Assembly (NCBI GenBank): GCA_020627925.1
Contig: JAHDFY010000001.1
Location: 1,583 to 41,582, forward strand
DNA: 40,000 bases
Source of the DNA: a bacterium
GTDB lineage: Bacteria; Patescibacteriota; Gracilibacteria; Absconditabacterales; Absconditicoccaceae
Direction: 5' to 3'
Part shown: in pieces, positions 20,663 through 31,159 of the stretch
Numbering within the stretch: the first letter of the stretch is position 1
Layout: the number at the start of each line of letters is the position of its first letter
Notes under the pieces: model-generated
Database searches by the model: none
What the model was told of the DNA's origin: nothing
The model's input: the letters and a program-made list of their open reading frames with translations, nothing else
Made by a program: the position numbers and the translations under genes

Positions 20663-21948
20663 AAGTGTTCTTTTGATGAGATGACAAAATAGTTCCTCGG
20701 AACACATATTTCCCAGATATTAGTAGCGCACCAAAGGACATTCAAAAATCCTATCAATTTATCAGATCAAAACTGAAGAAATGAGAATATTTTGATGTTG
20801 GAGAAAATTTGTCATATTTATTTGCCTACATCTACGAAGTAATAAATGACTTTGCCCATAGTAGCGATATAGAAACACTCGAGAAAGAATTTGATATATT
20901 AAGAAAGAACTACAAAGACACAAAAATAGTTAGGTACTTAGATTCATGGCAAGAAGAAGCCTACTTATACCTAGGAGAACATAAAAAAGCTTGGGAATAT
21001 GCCCAAAAGCATTCATACTCAGGAATAGAAGACATCCTATACTACTGAAGAAACATATGATCCAGTATTGAACTATCTTGAAAGAAGTTTTTATCCATAT
21101 TTGGAAAATCTAGCTTAACAAAACTAGGTAAAGAAAATCTTGATGACATTGAAAAGTTGGTTGGCTTGTTTCTTTCTGATTTCCATATAGAGAATTGAAT
21201 GAACTTCATTGATTACTTTTGCAAAGATATTGGAAAAGACATAACTGAAGATGACCTTAAAAGCTATCTATGCTTCTTTGATAATGAAGAAGAGTTTAAT
21301 GAGTATATTTGATATGATAAGTGACAATTTGAATTTCAACATAAGACAGAGTCAGATCATATTGGAGTATACAAAAAAGAACTGTTTAATGGGATAGTAC
21401 GTATACCCAAAACCGAAGTATTTAAGCAAGAAGGCTTTACAGTTACCGTAACTAGCTCAGAAAGTGTAAAAGCAACTCATGAGGTAGAAGCAATACAACT
21501 AGGTATTTTCTTCAACAAAGCTATTAGCAATTATGCTAAAAAGACAATTAGAGAGTGTGAGAATACATATCGTGAAGAAGCAGGAATACCCAAAATTTGA
21601 GAAGGATGGGTATCAGAAACACAACTCTACCATAGAATCTCCAAAGAATTCCCAGAAATTAACATTAAACATCACTGAAGGCCAAGTTGGTTATGAAGAC
21701 AGCACCTAGATATCTACATTCCAGATCATAACATTTGAATTGAATACCAAGGAAAACAACACCAAGAACCTGTTGAATACTTTGGCTGAAAAGAAGCATT
21801 CAAAAAACAGCAAGCAAGAGATAAGAAAAAGCAAAAGAAATGTAAGGATAACAACTGTCACCTTATCTATGTATATGAATGATATGACTTTAGAGAGATT
21901 GCAAAAAGTATTTCAACAATTATTCAATCTCAAAATAACAATGAGTAA
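20644..21948 (+). CDS. protein with a C-terminal Vsr/DUF559-like (PD-(D/E)xK) endonuclease domain, 434 aa
   Basis: Codon-by-codon read from ATG 20644 to TAA 21946-21948. C-terminus ...GEGWVSETQLYHRISKEFPEINIKHHGRPSWLGRQHLDIYIPDHNIGIEYQGKQHQEPVEYFGG...RDKKKQKKC (DUF559-type D..IEYxGxQH). No motif recognised in the N-terminal ~270 aa. Confidence 0.55.
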
Positions 21949-21950
21949 CC

Positions 21951-22541
21951 ATGCAATTCGTAGAACCAATCAGAGATAAAAAGAAGATTGCCCAAATAAA
22001 AAATACATTGAAGGGTGAAGGCAAAATAAGAGAACTCCTCTTGTTCCATTTCGGTATTGTATCTGCCCTTAGGATATCAGATATCCTTGCCGTCAAGGCG
22101 AGGGATCTGTATGAAGAAAACTTAACAATCAAAAAAGAATTCACCCTAAAAGAGAAGAAAACAAAGAAGACGCAAAGAATAACAATAACCCCTTGATTGA
22201 AAGATACATTACACTTATACCAAGAGACATATCCTAATATCATAAAGAACCCAAACAATTATCTATTCTTCCATACAAAGAAGTCTATGATAGGAGAACA
22301 TCACATAGGGAGGAAGCAAGCATGGAAGATGATATGAGACTGGTGTAACGCCGTCTGATTAGATTGAAGATATGGATCACATACGCTTAGAAAGACATGG
22401 TGATACCATGCCAGAAAAAAAGGAATTCCAATTCCATTGATCCAAAAGAAACTAAACCACGTCAGCACATGAACAACGCTTAAATACCTTGGTATTACAC
22501 ATGAAGAATTAGCAAAGGCGTGTGATGAGTTAGATCTATAA
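21951..22541 (+). CDS. small tyrosine recombinase/integrase, 196 aa
   Basis: ATG 21951, 2 nt after the upstream stop, to TAA 22539-22541. Motifs VSALRISD (Arg I), GSHTLRKTWGYH (HxxR) and TLKYLGI (catalytic Tyr context). Confidence 0.75.
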
Positions 22542-22578
22542 ATACACAACAATAATTATTTATTAAAAAAATTTATAT

Positions 22579-24225
22579 ATGAAGCTAAAAAAACTAAAAA
22601 TACAATCATTCAGAGGATTAAACTGAAGTCAAAACGAAGTTGATTTTGAAAGTTCCAACATAATATTCTTACTTTGACAAAACAATGTCTGAAAATCAAC
22701 ATTCCTTCATGCATACATGTATTTGGTAACTACAAAACAAAAAGCACTTTTAAGCGACTTTCATAACCATGATGAGAGCATCCCCATCATCATAGAATGA
22801 TGGTTCAAGAAAGAAGAGGTAGATGACAATAATAAGAACCTAAACTCTGATCCTGATCGAGTTAACAAGTGGGTAAATGATGATTGATATATAAGGGTCA
22901 GAAAAAAATGGTCCAACGTTTGAGGAATAGCTCAAAAAGAAACATTTAGCACATCAAGTAAAACTTGGGTAAAAGACGGCTTTTGATGAATGGATAGTCT
23001 TTTTCAAAAGCATTCCCCAACACCTATTTTTATTGAAGCTATTGAAAGTGAAGAAAGCCTAGAAAAAAAAGTAAATGATTTAATCAAATCCGAACTCATC
23101 AAAAAGATCGAAGAAGAATACTCAGATCAATATAATCATATAGTTTCTAGCATATACTCACTACAAAATGAAATGATGTGATCAGATAAAATATCTGATT
23201 ATAACTTGGGCTTGAATACATACTTTCAAAAAGTTTTTAATAACTTAGAGCTAAAATTATCTCCTAAAGGAGAAGATGATATAACTCTAGTCAAAGCCTT
23301 TGAAAAAAATCATTCAATCTCAATCACTAAAGAATGAAATAACGATATACAAAACTTTGCACAACACGGACATGGAATAATTAGGCAAGTTCTTTTTAAC
23401 TTTCTAAGACATCATGGATCACAAAATCCAAACTCTTCATACATCCTACTTTTTGAAGAACCAGAAATTTTCTTACACCCCAAAGCAGCAAAAAAACTTA
23501 GATCTTGTTTGTATGAACTAGCAGAAAAAGAAAACATTCAAGTAATGTGTGCATCACATTCTCCAATTATGATTGACATATCAAAAGAACATTCATCAAT
23601 AGTTCGTATTGTAAGAAAAGACAACATTACTCAAACATATCAAGCATGAGATAACTTATTTCATAAAGACGATGAGAAGAAAAAACTAGTTAAAATGCTC
23701 AATAAGTTTAATCCACACATATGTGAAGTTTTCTTCGCAAATGAAGTATTACTCGTAGAATGAGACACAGAATCAATTGTGTATAGGGATCTATTATCAA
23801 GATTATATCCCAATAAGGAGTGCTTCGTACTTAATACATGATCAAAAAATAATATTCCTTTCTTTCAAGAAGCATTAACTCATTTCAACATAGTACACTA
23901 CATTATTCACGATGTAGATACTCCAAAGTTAGCTAATTGAAATACAAACTCAGCTCGAACATTAAATATAAAAATACGAGATAATGTTATACATGCAAAT
24001 AATATAAATGAAAACTTAGCAAGAAGATTAGTTCATGACAAGGACTTTGAAAGTGCACATAACTATAATTATTGCAAAACAAAGTGAAAACCTCTTTCTG
24101 CATTTGAGTTTGTTACAAATTTAGTTTGAACAGAAGATCTTGATTGTATAAATTATACTAACCTAATATGACGCAAAGAGGATTTCAATAGCCATGATAG
24201 TAAATACATAGAATCACTTATTTAG
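22579..24225 (+). CDS. OLD-family nuclease (ABC-type ATPase plus Toprim), 548 aa
   Basis: ATG 22579 to TAG 24223-24225. Walker A LLGQNNVGKST (both Gly are TGA), Walker B-like YILLFEEPEIFLHP, Toprim VLLVEGDTE ... IHDVD. No helicase partner gene follows. Confidence 0.75.
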
Positions 24226-24254
24226 TTTGAAAATAAATTAGCAATCAATAACAT

Positions 24255-24283
24255 ACTAGTGCCTCACAAGCACTAGTTTTTTT
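24255..24283 (+). terminator. intrinsic terminator of the OLD gene
   Basis: ACTAGTGC-ctcaca-GCACTAGT followed by T7. Confidence 0.7.
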
Positions 24284-24290
24284 ACAAAAC

Positions 24291-24425
24291 AACCCGATAA
24301 CTTACGCACAGTAAGAACCATTTTTTGGTATTCATTATGGACAAAGTAGGGGGTACGGCCACCGAAACGTCCATAGTGATTATCGGGTTGCTTGTGAGGC
24401 ATTTAGGTCGTGCCTCCTTTTTTGA
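24291..24425 (+). ncRNA. candidate structured RNA (multi-helix junction plus its own terminator); class unknown
   Basis: 11-bp closing helix CAACCCGATAA (24291-24301) / TTATCGGGTTG (24381-24391) encloses CTTAC-gcaca-GTAAG, ACCA-ttttt-TGGT and ATGGAC...GTCCAT. It is followed by GAGGCA-N9-TGCCTC and a T-run. Confidence 0.3.
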
Positions 24426-24467
24426 TTTGGCAAAATCCTAAAAAGATTTTAACCATTAACATCCATC

Positions 24468-24929
24468 ATGTTCTTTCTAATCAAACTCATAAGCATCATT
24501 GCCTTAGCTCTTATCGTATTAGCTAATATTTACTTTTATATAATGCAATGGCCTCTATGGGGTACTATTGCTTCAGTATTTGGAATTGGAATTATTACGA
24601 ATATTAGCTACTGAATTATTTACTTATATCTAGAAAAATGGGGGCATTCACAAGGATTACCTAAACACAAATCATTGTGGCAAACATTTGTTGATTGAAT
24701 CAATGAATCTTCATCAAAAAAAATGAGTCCTAGAACATGAATCTTAAGAATAAGCTGACTCAAAATTGCATTATCCATATTATTAATAGGTAACATTAGT
24801 ACTTCTTCATCTGAAATAATAACACCATTATTCAAGCAAATTAGTTTTGGAATAATATGCATTATGGTGATTAGCATTATAATAGACATAAATTCCATCA
24901 AAGCACTTATTAAGAAGTCTTTATCATAA
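24468..24929 (+). CDS. hypothetical membrane protein (153 aa)
   Basis: ATG 24468 to TAA 24927-24929 with 5 in-frame TGAs. Several hydrophobic segments. The competing antisense track ORF 24620-24901 has a less protein-like composition. Confidence 0.35.
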
Positions 24930-24953
24930 TTTTAGTAATTAATAGTAATACAT

Positions 24954-25256
24954 ATGCATGATATATGAGAGGTCTTAGAAATGTACTTTGGAAGGTGGGG
25001 ATTCAATGGGATTCACTCTTTCTTTTATAAACTAATCTTTGGGACATTAGTATTCATAGTTGCAATTTCTCTATTTGGCGGTATTGATGGAACATTCAAC
25101 AACCCAAAGACACAGTGAAAGAATTGAATACTAATTCTGTTATTAGTTTTATTTTGTATTGGTGCAGTAAAAGACCTAATGGTAGGAATTGGAGAAGAGA
25201 TTGAATTCCGTAAAATTAGAAAGAAAGTCAAAGACAGTGAATCAAAAAAACTGTAG
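24954..25256 (+). CDS. hypothetical small membrane protein (100 aa)
   Basis: ATG 24954 to TAG 25254-25256. Two hydrophobic segments and a basic C-terminus. Confidence 0.35.
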
Positions 25257-25573
25257 CTATTACATATGTAAACACGTCAAGTATAAGCAAACAACTCAAA
25301 CAAATATAAGTATACTAACGCATAATTGACATTTACTAGGGGGCGAGGACAGGGTATACTTTATCCTTAAAAACACCCTGAAAACCCCCTCCCAAGAATA
25401 TAGGGGGAGAATGATTAGCATGTATAGATGATTAACAATCCAGTTGAAGTTGTAGAGGCTCTCTATACACTACAAATAATCGGCTACCTGAAATATAGCG
25501 GGGGTACCTACCCCATTGTATCTTATGGTATAATGTAAAGAGGGACTATTTACAATTTTTCTAATGTAGAGTT

Positions 25574-26593
25574 ATGCAGTGATTTAGTATAGAAAGATCA
25601 TTATTCTTAGATATCGAAGCAAAGGTATCTTATACAGATTTCTTAAGCAATAGAGACAATCTACTAGGAGAAATTAATACTCAATGGTTCAAAGAAGAAC
25701 CATCAACAACAAGGACAACAGATCTGATTAAACAGCATGCACCTTTTCTAGCAAAAGAAAAACTGTCTCCTAGACTACTAACCCAGTTAATGCTCTACAT
25801 TAATTACTCTAAGAATAACTTGGTTGGCAAAGAACTTGCAAAACTATTAATAGACCTACTAAAGAATGATATTACTGACACCTATAACGTTAGTGACTTG
25901 AAAGAAAAGTACGTACAACTAATCAAGCTATGAATCATAACAGATACAAAACAAGGATTGTTTATAACCAAAATGATTAATAACCCGGCAAACAAGGATC
26001 ATTCACCACTCTTTATCAATGCAAACCATCAAGCATTTGAACTAGCTGACATATTACCCCTTATATCACACAAAAGATCTTTAAATGAAAATTACTTATT
26101 AGAGTACCTACTGTTTCTAAGCATTAAAGAAGAAAAAACTGTATACTTAGTAGTCCATAATGACTATGGGATAATACCAGGAACTATCATTGACGAAAAA
26201 AAGCTTCCTAGTATTCTTGATCTTGGATGATTAATCCTACCAATCACAAGAATAATATTCACTGTAATAGCGAATTTTGATGAAGCATGAGAAATTGAGA
26301 ATTTATTACACAAGCATAAAAGCTATCAAAAGTTTTTACAAGATATTAAGCATCGTTCAAGCATAACAAAAACTGCTACATTTAATGTAAGCACCAAGGG
26401 AGGAAATATAGATATATCTCACTTCAGAACAGAATCTTGATACATAGAAAAATGGGATGAATACAAGGAACTTACAAAAGATTTTGGATATGTAACTAGA
26501 AACAAACATCTGTGACAAGACGCGAATGTAATTGTTGAACAGAAAATTAACTACAAAAAATCCAAACTTGATAGTGACAACAAGAATGATTAA
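25574..26593 (+). CDS. hypothetical protein (339 aa)
   Basis: ATG 25574 to TAA 26591-26593. Extends track ORF 25958-26230 through TGAs. An extended -10 (TGgTATAAT, 25526-25534) lies upstream. No motif recognised. Confidence 0.45.
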
Positions 26594-26684
26594 AATAAGA
26601 ATACCCTAATATCAAAGGGATTGTTTTGCATAAAGTTCTATCTGTTATCTACATACTTGTAGAAGAAAGACTGAACAAAGAAAC

Positions 26685-26780
26685 ATGTCTGAAGAAGACA
26701 AAAAGAAAGGTGAAGCTTTGGTTACGCTATACAATGCGTTTCTAAAATTACACCTAGAACAAGAAGAAGAGGATGAATAA
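26685..26780 (+). CDS. very small acidic protein (31 aa)
   Basis: ATG 26685 to TAA 26778-26780 (MSEEDKKKGEALVTLYNAFLKLHLEQEEEDE). Its end lies within a clean terminator hairpin. Confidence 0.25.
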   Translation: MSEEDKKKGEALVTLYNAFLKLHLEQEEEDE

Positions 26781-26791
26781 TCCTCTTTTTT
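26767..26791 (+). terminator. intrinsic terminator
   Basis: AAGAGGAT-gaata-ATCCTCTT followed by a T-run. Confidence 0.6.
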
Positions 26792-26829
26792 GTTTATTAC
26801 AATGATAGTTTATCTATTGTACAGTGCAT

Positions 26830-28530
26830 ATGAGTGAAGAAGAAAAGAAGGTTATTCCGTATGTAATTTATGTAAGGAAGTCTACAACCAAGGGATCTGG
26901 TGAACAAGAGAAATCTATACCTGATCAAATAGAAGCATGTCTTAACTACGCAGAACAACACAAGGATGAGATGGATATTATGCTAAAGCCAGAAGACTTT
27001 ATATTTGAAACAGAGGAAGACCTACTAGATGAAGATGCTGATAGCAATCCAACACATGCAGAGCTATACCAAAAAACAAGACATCTATACATCATCAAAG
27101 AACAAGCTTCAGCTAAGGATCCTTGAGCTAGGCCTAAATGGAACCGCTTGATTTCATTAATCAAGAAAGGAGAAATAAAAGGGGTGTTATCATACTCTCC
27201 AGATAGACAATCAAGAAACATGGTAGATGGTGGCCACCTTATTCACTTAGCACATAATTACTTAGTAAAGTTAAAGTACACAAATTTCAGCTTTGACAAT
27301 AATGCTGGGGGAAGGATGATGCTTTGAATATGGTTTGTCTTCTCAAAACAATACGTGGATAAAATGACTGAAGATAGCCAAAGAGGAACAAGATCTTCGG
27401 TACTTGCATGAAGCACCTTAGGTAACTTCAAATACTGATACAAAGAAAGTGCTAGCAGAACATTTACACCATTCTATCCTCATTTCCATCATCTTCAAAA
27501 AGCATTTCAAATGAAGATCAGAGATAAGAAGTCTAATAGTGACATAGCCGACTGGCTGAATGATGTTGGCTTCCTAAAACTAGTAAAAGACGCTAATGTT
27601 GATTGATGAAGACTAGAGTGAGTTAATGCATCTAGCTTAGCAAGAATTTGGACTGATCCATTTTATTATGGTATATACATTTATTGAGAAACAACTGTTG
27701 ATCTTAGAGAAGTAAGTGATGAATATGAACCTATGATAACAAAAGAAGAACATGAAGAACTTCTACAAAGAAAGTATGAAAACAAAAGGAATGAATACTC
27801 TAAAATAAAGGAAGAAAACAAGCAATTCTATGCTGTACCCAAAGGAATGTTAATTGATGCTCAAGGAATAAAATTCAATCCAAGTATACCAAGTAAAAAC
27901 AAGAGACACAAAAAGAATCTTACCATTCTACAGGAAACTAAACCTGATGCAGATCTAACAGATATTATTCAATATCATCATATCTACTATGAAATGAAGA
28001 CTGACAAATCAAAGCTGCATAACACAAGGTTCAAATACAGTGAATTAGAAAAAATGATTGTAGGAAAATTAAGCAAACTAAGGGTTGGCAGTGATGAATA
28101 TGAATTGTTTATGAATGCACATAGAATGATGGTTGAAAGAATCAACAATGAAAGACTAAAGGAACTCAGAATGCACCAAATGAACCTATGAACCTTTGTC
28201 AAAAGAAAAAATGATTGGATGACAAAATCTTTAGTACCTAATTTGAATCAAGAACAGGAAGAATTGATAAACAAGAAGCTTGATTGAATCAAAAAAACAA
28301 TCAACTACATACAGCAAGAGATGAAAAGATTGGAAGAACAAGAAGAAATTGAAGTGGCGAAGTTTCTTGATTTCAAAAAGATATTAAACAATGCAAAGAA
28401 ATACTATGCAAATGCTTCCCTAGAACAAAAGGCTAAGATATGCAATATGTTGTTTGATAACATCGTAGTGCACTCAAAGCAAAGAGTTGTATTCAAAGTC
28501 AAACCAGAACTAGAGTCAATCTTTAAGTAA
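26830..28530 (+). CDS. large serine recombinase 1, 566 aa
   Basis: ATG 26830 to TAA 28528-28530. YVRKST...SIPDQ (catalytic Ser region), SYSPDRQSRN, recombinase-domain FYYGIY, and a coiled-coil C-terminal region. Joins four track fragments across TGAs. Confidence 0.85.
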
Positions 28531-28607
28531 CTTATCATATATGAGAATCATCTTTGATGAAAACCTCCTGAGCATTGTAAATCATATGAAAATGACATAG
28601 AAATAAG

Positions 28608-29390
28608 TACATTAACAAAAAGTTTTAGTTTTTCTTAATGCAACCATGGCAAGAATCATAGCACTTTGATGAGGTGAAATTAATGAAAAAACCACATTAA
28701 AAATTGATAAAGAAATAATTGATTTTTCTTGAAAAAAGAACCCCAGATTATTGTTTATTCCTACTGCTAGCGGAGATTCAGAAGGATACTATGCTGGCGT
28801 TCAATCATACTTTTGATCATTATGATGTAAGACAGATGTTTTATACCTTACTAAGAATAGAGCTACTAAAAAAATAATTGAGGAGAAAATTCTATGAGCC
28901 GACATTATTTATGTTTGATGAGGAAATACACTTAAAATGATGACGCTTTGGAGAAAGTTAGGTGTTGATAAAATATTAAAGAAGGCTCTGAAAAAGAATA
29001 TTGTTTTGTCTGGTCTTTCAGCATGAGCAATTTGTTGGTTCAATTTTGGTAACTCAGATTCTAGAAAGTTTACGAGTTGAAGTAAGAAACTCATCAAAGT
29101 TACTTGATTATGATTTGTGGATGCATTGCATTGTCCGCATCGAGATAGAGAAAAACATAGACAAAATGATCTAAAAAGAATGATGAAGAATACTCCAGGA
29201 GTGGCAATCGCACTTGAAGATGATTGTGCTATTCAAATCAAAGACAACCAGTACAGAATTCTTACAAGTAAGAGATGAAAAAAGGCTTACAAGGTTTACT
29301 GGAAAATGTGAAAATTCTACAAAGAGGAAATTATTCAATCAAAAGAATACTCTGATTTAGAAGAGTTAGTTGCAAAATAATCTACTAAAG
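28608..29390. repeat. 783-bp duplicated segment, copy 2 (partner 3261-4043)
   Basis: Same length and collinear with copy 1. It fills almost exactly the gap between the two serine recombinase genes. Confidence 0.85.
28646..29380 (+). CDS. peptidase S51 family protein, second copy, 244 aa
   Basis: ATG 28646 to TAA 29378-29380. Same length and motifs as 3299-4033, with scattered substitutions. Confidence 0.8.
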
Positions 29391-29418
29391 AAAGTTCTTC
29401 ATCCCCTAACCACCACCA

Positions 29419-31137
29419 ATGGAATACATCATCTACGTCAGGAAGTCTACAGAAGAATCATCCTGACAACAAAAACAATCCATACCTGACCAGATCAAAG
29501 CCTGTATTGATTATGCCAAAAGACTAGGTATCACCGTTGCATCTAAACCTAATAATCCACGGTTTGAATCCAATGATGATATTATTAAGGAAAACCAAGA
29601 AGAGAAGCATATTGCACAGCTATACAAAGCCACAAGACATCTCTATATTGTGAAAGAACAAAGAACAGCTAAAGAGCCAAGATGCAGGAGAAAATGGAGT
29701 CAAATTATCAGCCTCATAAAGAAATGACAAATTAAAGGTATCATATCTTACAGTCCAGATAGACAAGCAAGAAATATGGTAGACTGATGAGAAATTATCC
29801 ATTTAGCACATAAGAAACTAGTTGATCTAAAATATACCAATTTTGTCTTTGATAATAATGCTTGAGGAAGAATGATGTTGGGTATACGGTTTGTTTTTTC
29901 TAAACAATACTCTGACAAGCTGTCAGAAGACATAAAAAGGGGTACAAAGTCCAAACTAATGCAAGGTAAGTCCATGTGAATGCAGAAATATGGATACATG
30001 ATCAATGATGATTGATTCCATGAGCCACATCCAGACTACTTTCCACTAATGCAAAAGGCATTCCAGATGAAAATCTACCAACAATTATCCAATGAAGAAA
30101 TAGCCACTTGGTTAAACAACAACTGATTCCTAAGGTACTTACGTAATGGTAAGGAACTACCATGCAAACCTAAGACGTTGGGTAAGATATGGATAGATGA
30201 ATTCTACTATGGAATATATGTCTATGGAGCTAATTCGGTAGATTTAAGAGAAGTTAGTAACTATTACCAACCATTAATCAGTCAGGATGAACATAACATC
30301 TTAGTAAATAGATACTTCAATAGTTCAAAGAACTCTAGTTGTAAGACCAAGAAAGAGAATGAAGCAATCTACCCAATCACCAAATGAATGGTAATTGATC
30401 TTGAGTGATACAGGTTCAATCCATGCATCCCAAACAAGAAGAGACACCAAAAGAAACTAATAGAACTACAAGCAACCAATCCCAAATTAGAATTAAAGGA
30501 CATTATCAAACCGCATCACATATACTATGAAATGAAGCGTAAGGAATCCAAACAGTTCAATAATTCCATCAACTACATTACCTTAGACAAAGCTATATCG
30601 AGGAAATTAAACAGAATCAAAATTGATGATGCTCTAGTTGCCAAGTATATGAAGAAATTATGGGACAAGTATGACAGCCAAAGCCAAGAAATTAAAGCAG
30701 AAGTAGAAATATTAAAGAAGAATAAAGACAAGCTAGTCAAAGAAAGAGATATGCTAATCAAGAAGAACCTAGCAAAGGAACTTAGCGACAATGAGATAAC
30801 TGTATATGATAGAACTCTTACGAGTCTGGAAAATACAATACACAGTATCAGCAACCAAATTGAACTACTAAAAACGAAGTGTAATCATAAGCTAGTCGAA
30901 TTTGAAATGTTTATACAGTTAGCCAAGAACGCAGGTACATACTTTAAAAACTCTACATATGTTCGAAAGGCCAAAATCATAGAAATATTTTTTTCGAACA
31001 TCATCCTAAATTGAGAAAAGGTAGTTCTCAATTATATTTTTGATACAAAAAAAACCGCCCTACTCGGACAGTTCTTTCATGGAGCGGGTGACGAGACTCG
31101 AACTCGCAACCAACAGCTTGGAAGGCTGTGACTCTAG
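29419..31137 (+). CDS. large serine recombinase 2, 572 aa as read with code 25 (the tail crosses the att core into tRNA-Gly antisense)
   Basis: ATG 29419. YVRKST...SIPDQ, SYSPDRQARN and FYYGIYVYG. TGA 31012-31014 is read as Gly, so the first real stop is TAG 31135-31137. Paralogous to recombinase 1. Confidence 0.8.
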
Positions 31138-31156
31138 CCAATTGAGTTACACCCGC
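31080..31156 (-). tRNA. tRNA-Gly(UCC), CCA encoded
   Basis: Hand-folded cloverleaf: acceptor GCGGGTG/CACCCGC, anticodon stem ACAGC/GCTGT, loop CTTCCAA, T-arm GCGAG-TTCGAGT-CTCGT. Confidence 0.85.
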
Positions 31157-31159
31157 GAC

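Larger units (their letters stand above)
18853..31085 (+). mobile_element. integrative element 2 (large-serine-recombinase type) at the 3' end of tRNA-Gly(UCC); composite
   Basis: Bounded by the core TTTCATGGAGC at 18853-18863 and 31075-31085. An intact recombinase gene abuts the tRNA. The interior also holds a tyrosine recombinase module, an OLD nuclease and a second serine recombinase. Confidence 0.5.

Noticed and set aside
26783-26806. Possible right-hand partner of repeat R for the integrase module (CTTTTTTGTTTATTACAATGATAG versus R TATTTTTTGTTATCATAAAGAAG).
   Set aside because: Similarity is limited to a T-run and a few bases that follow a terminator. This is too weak to call an att site.
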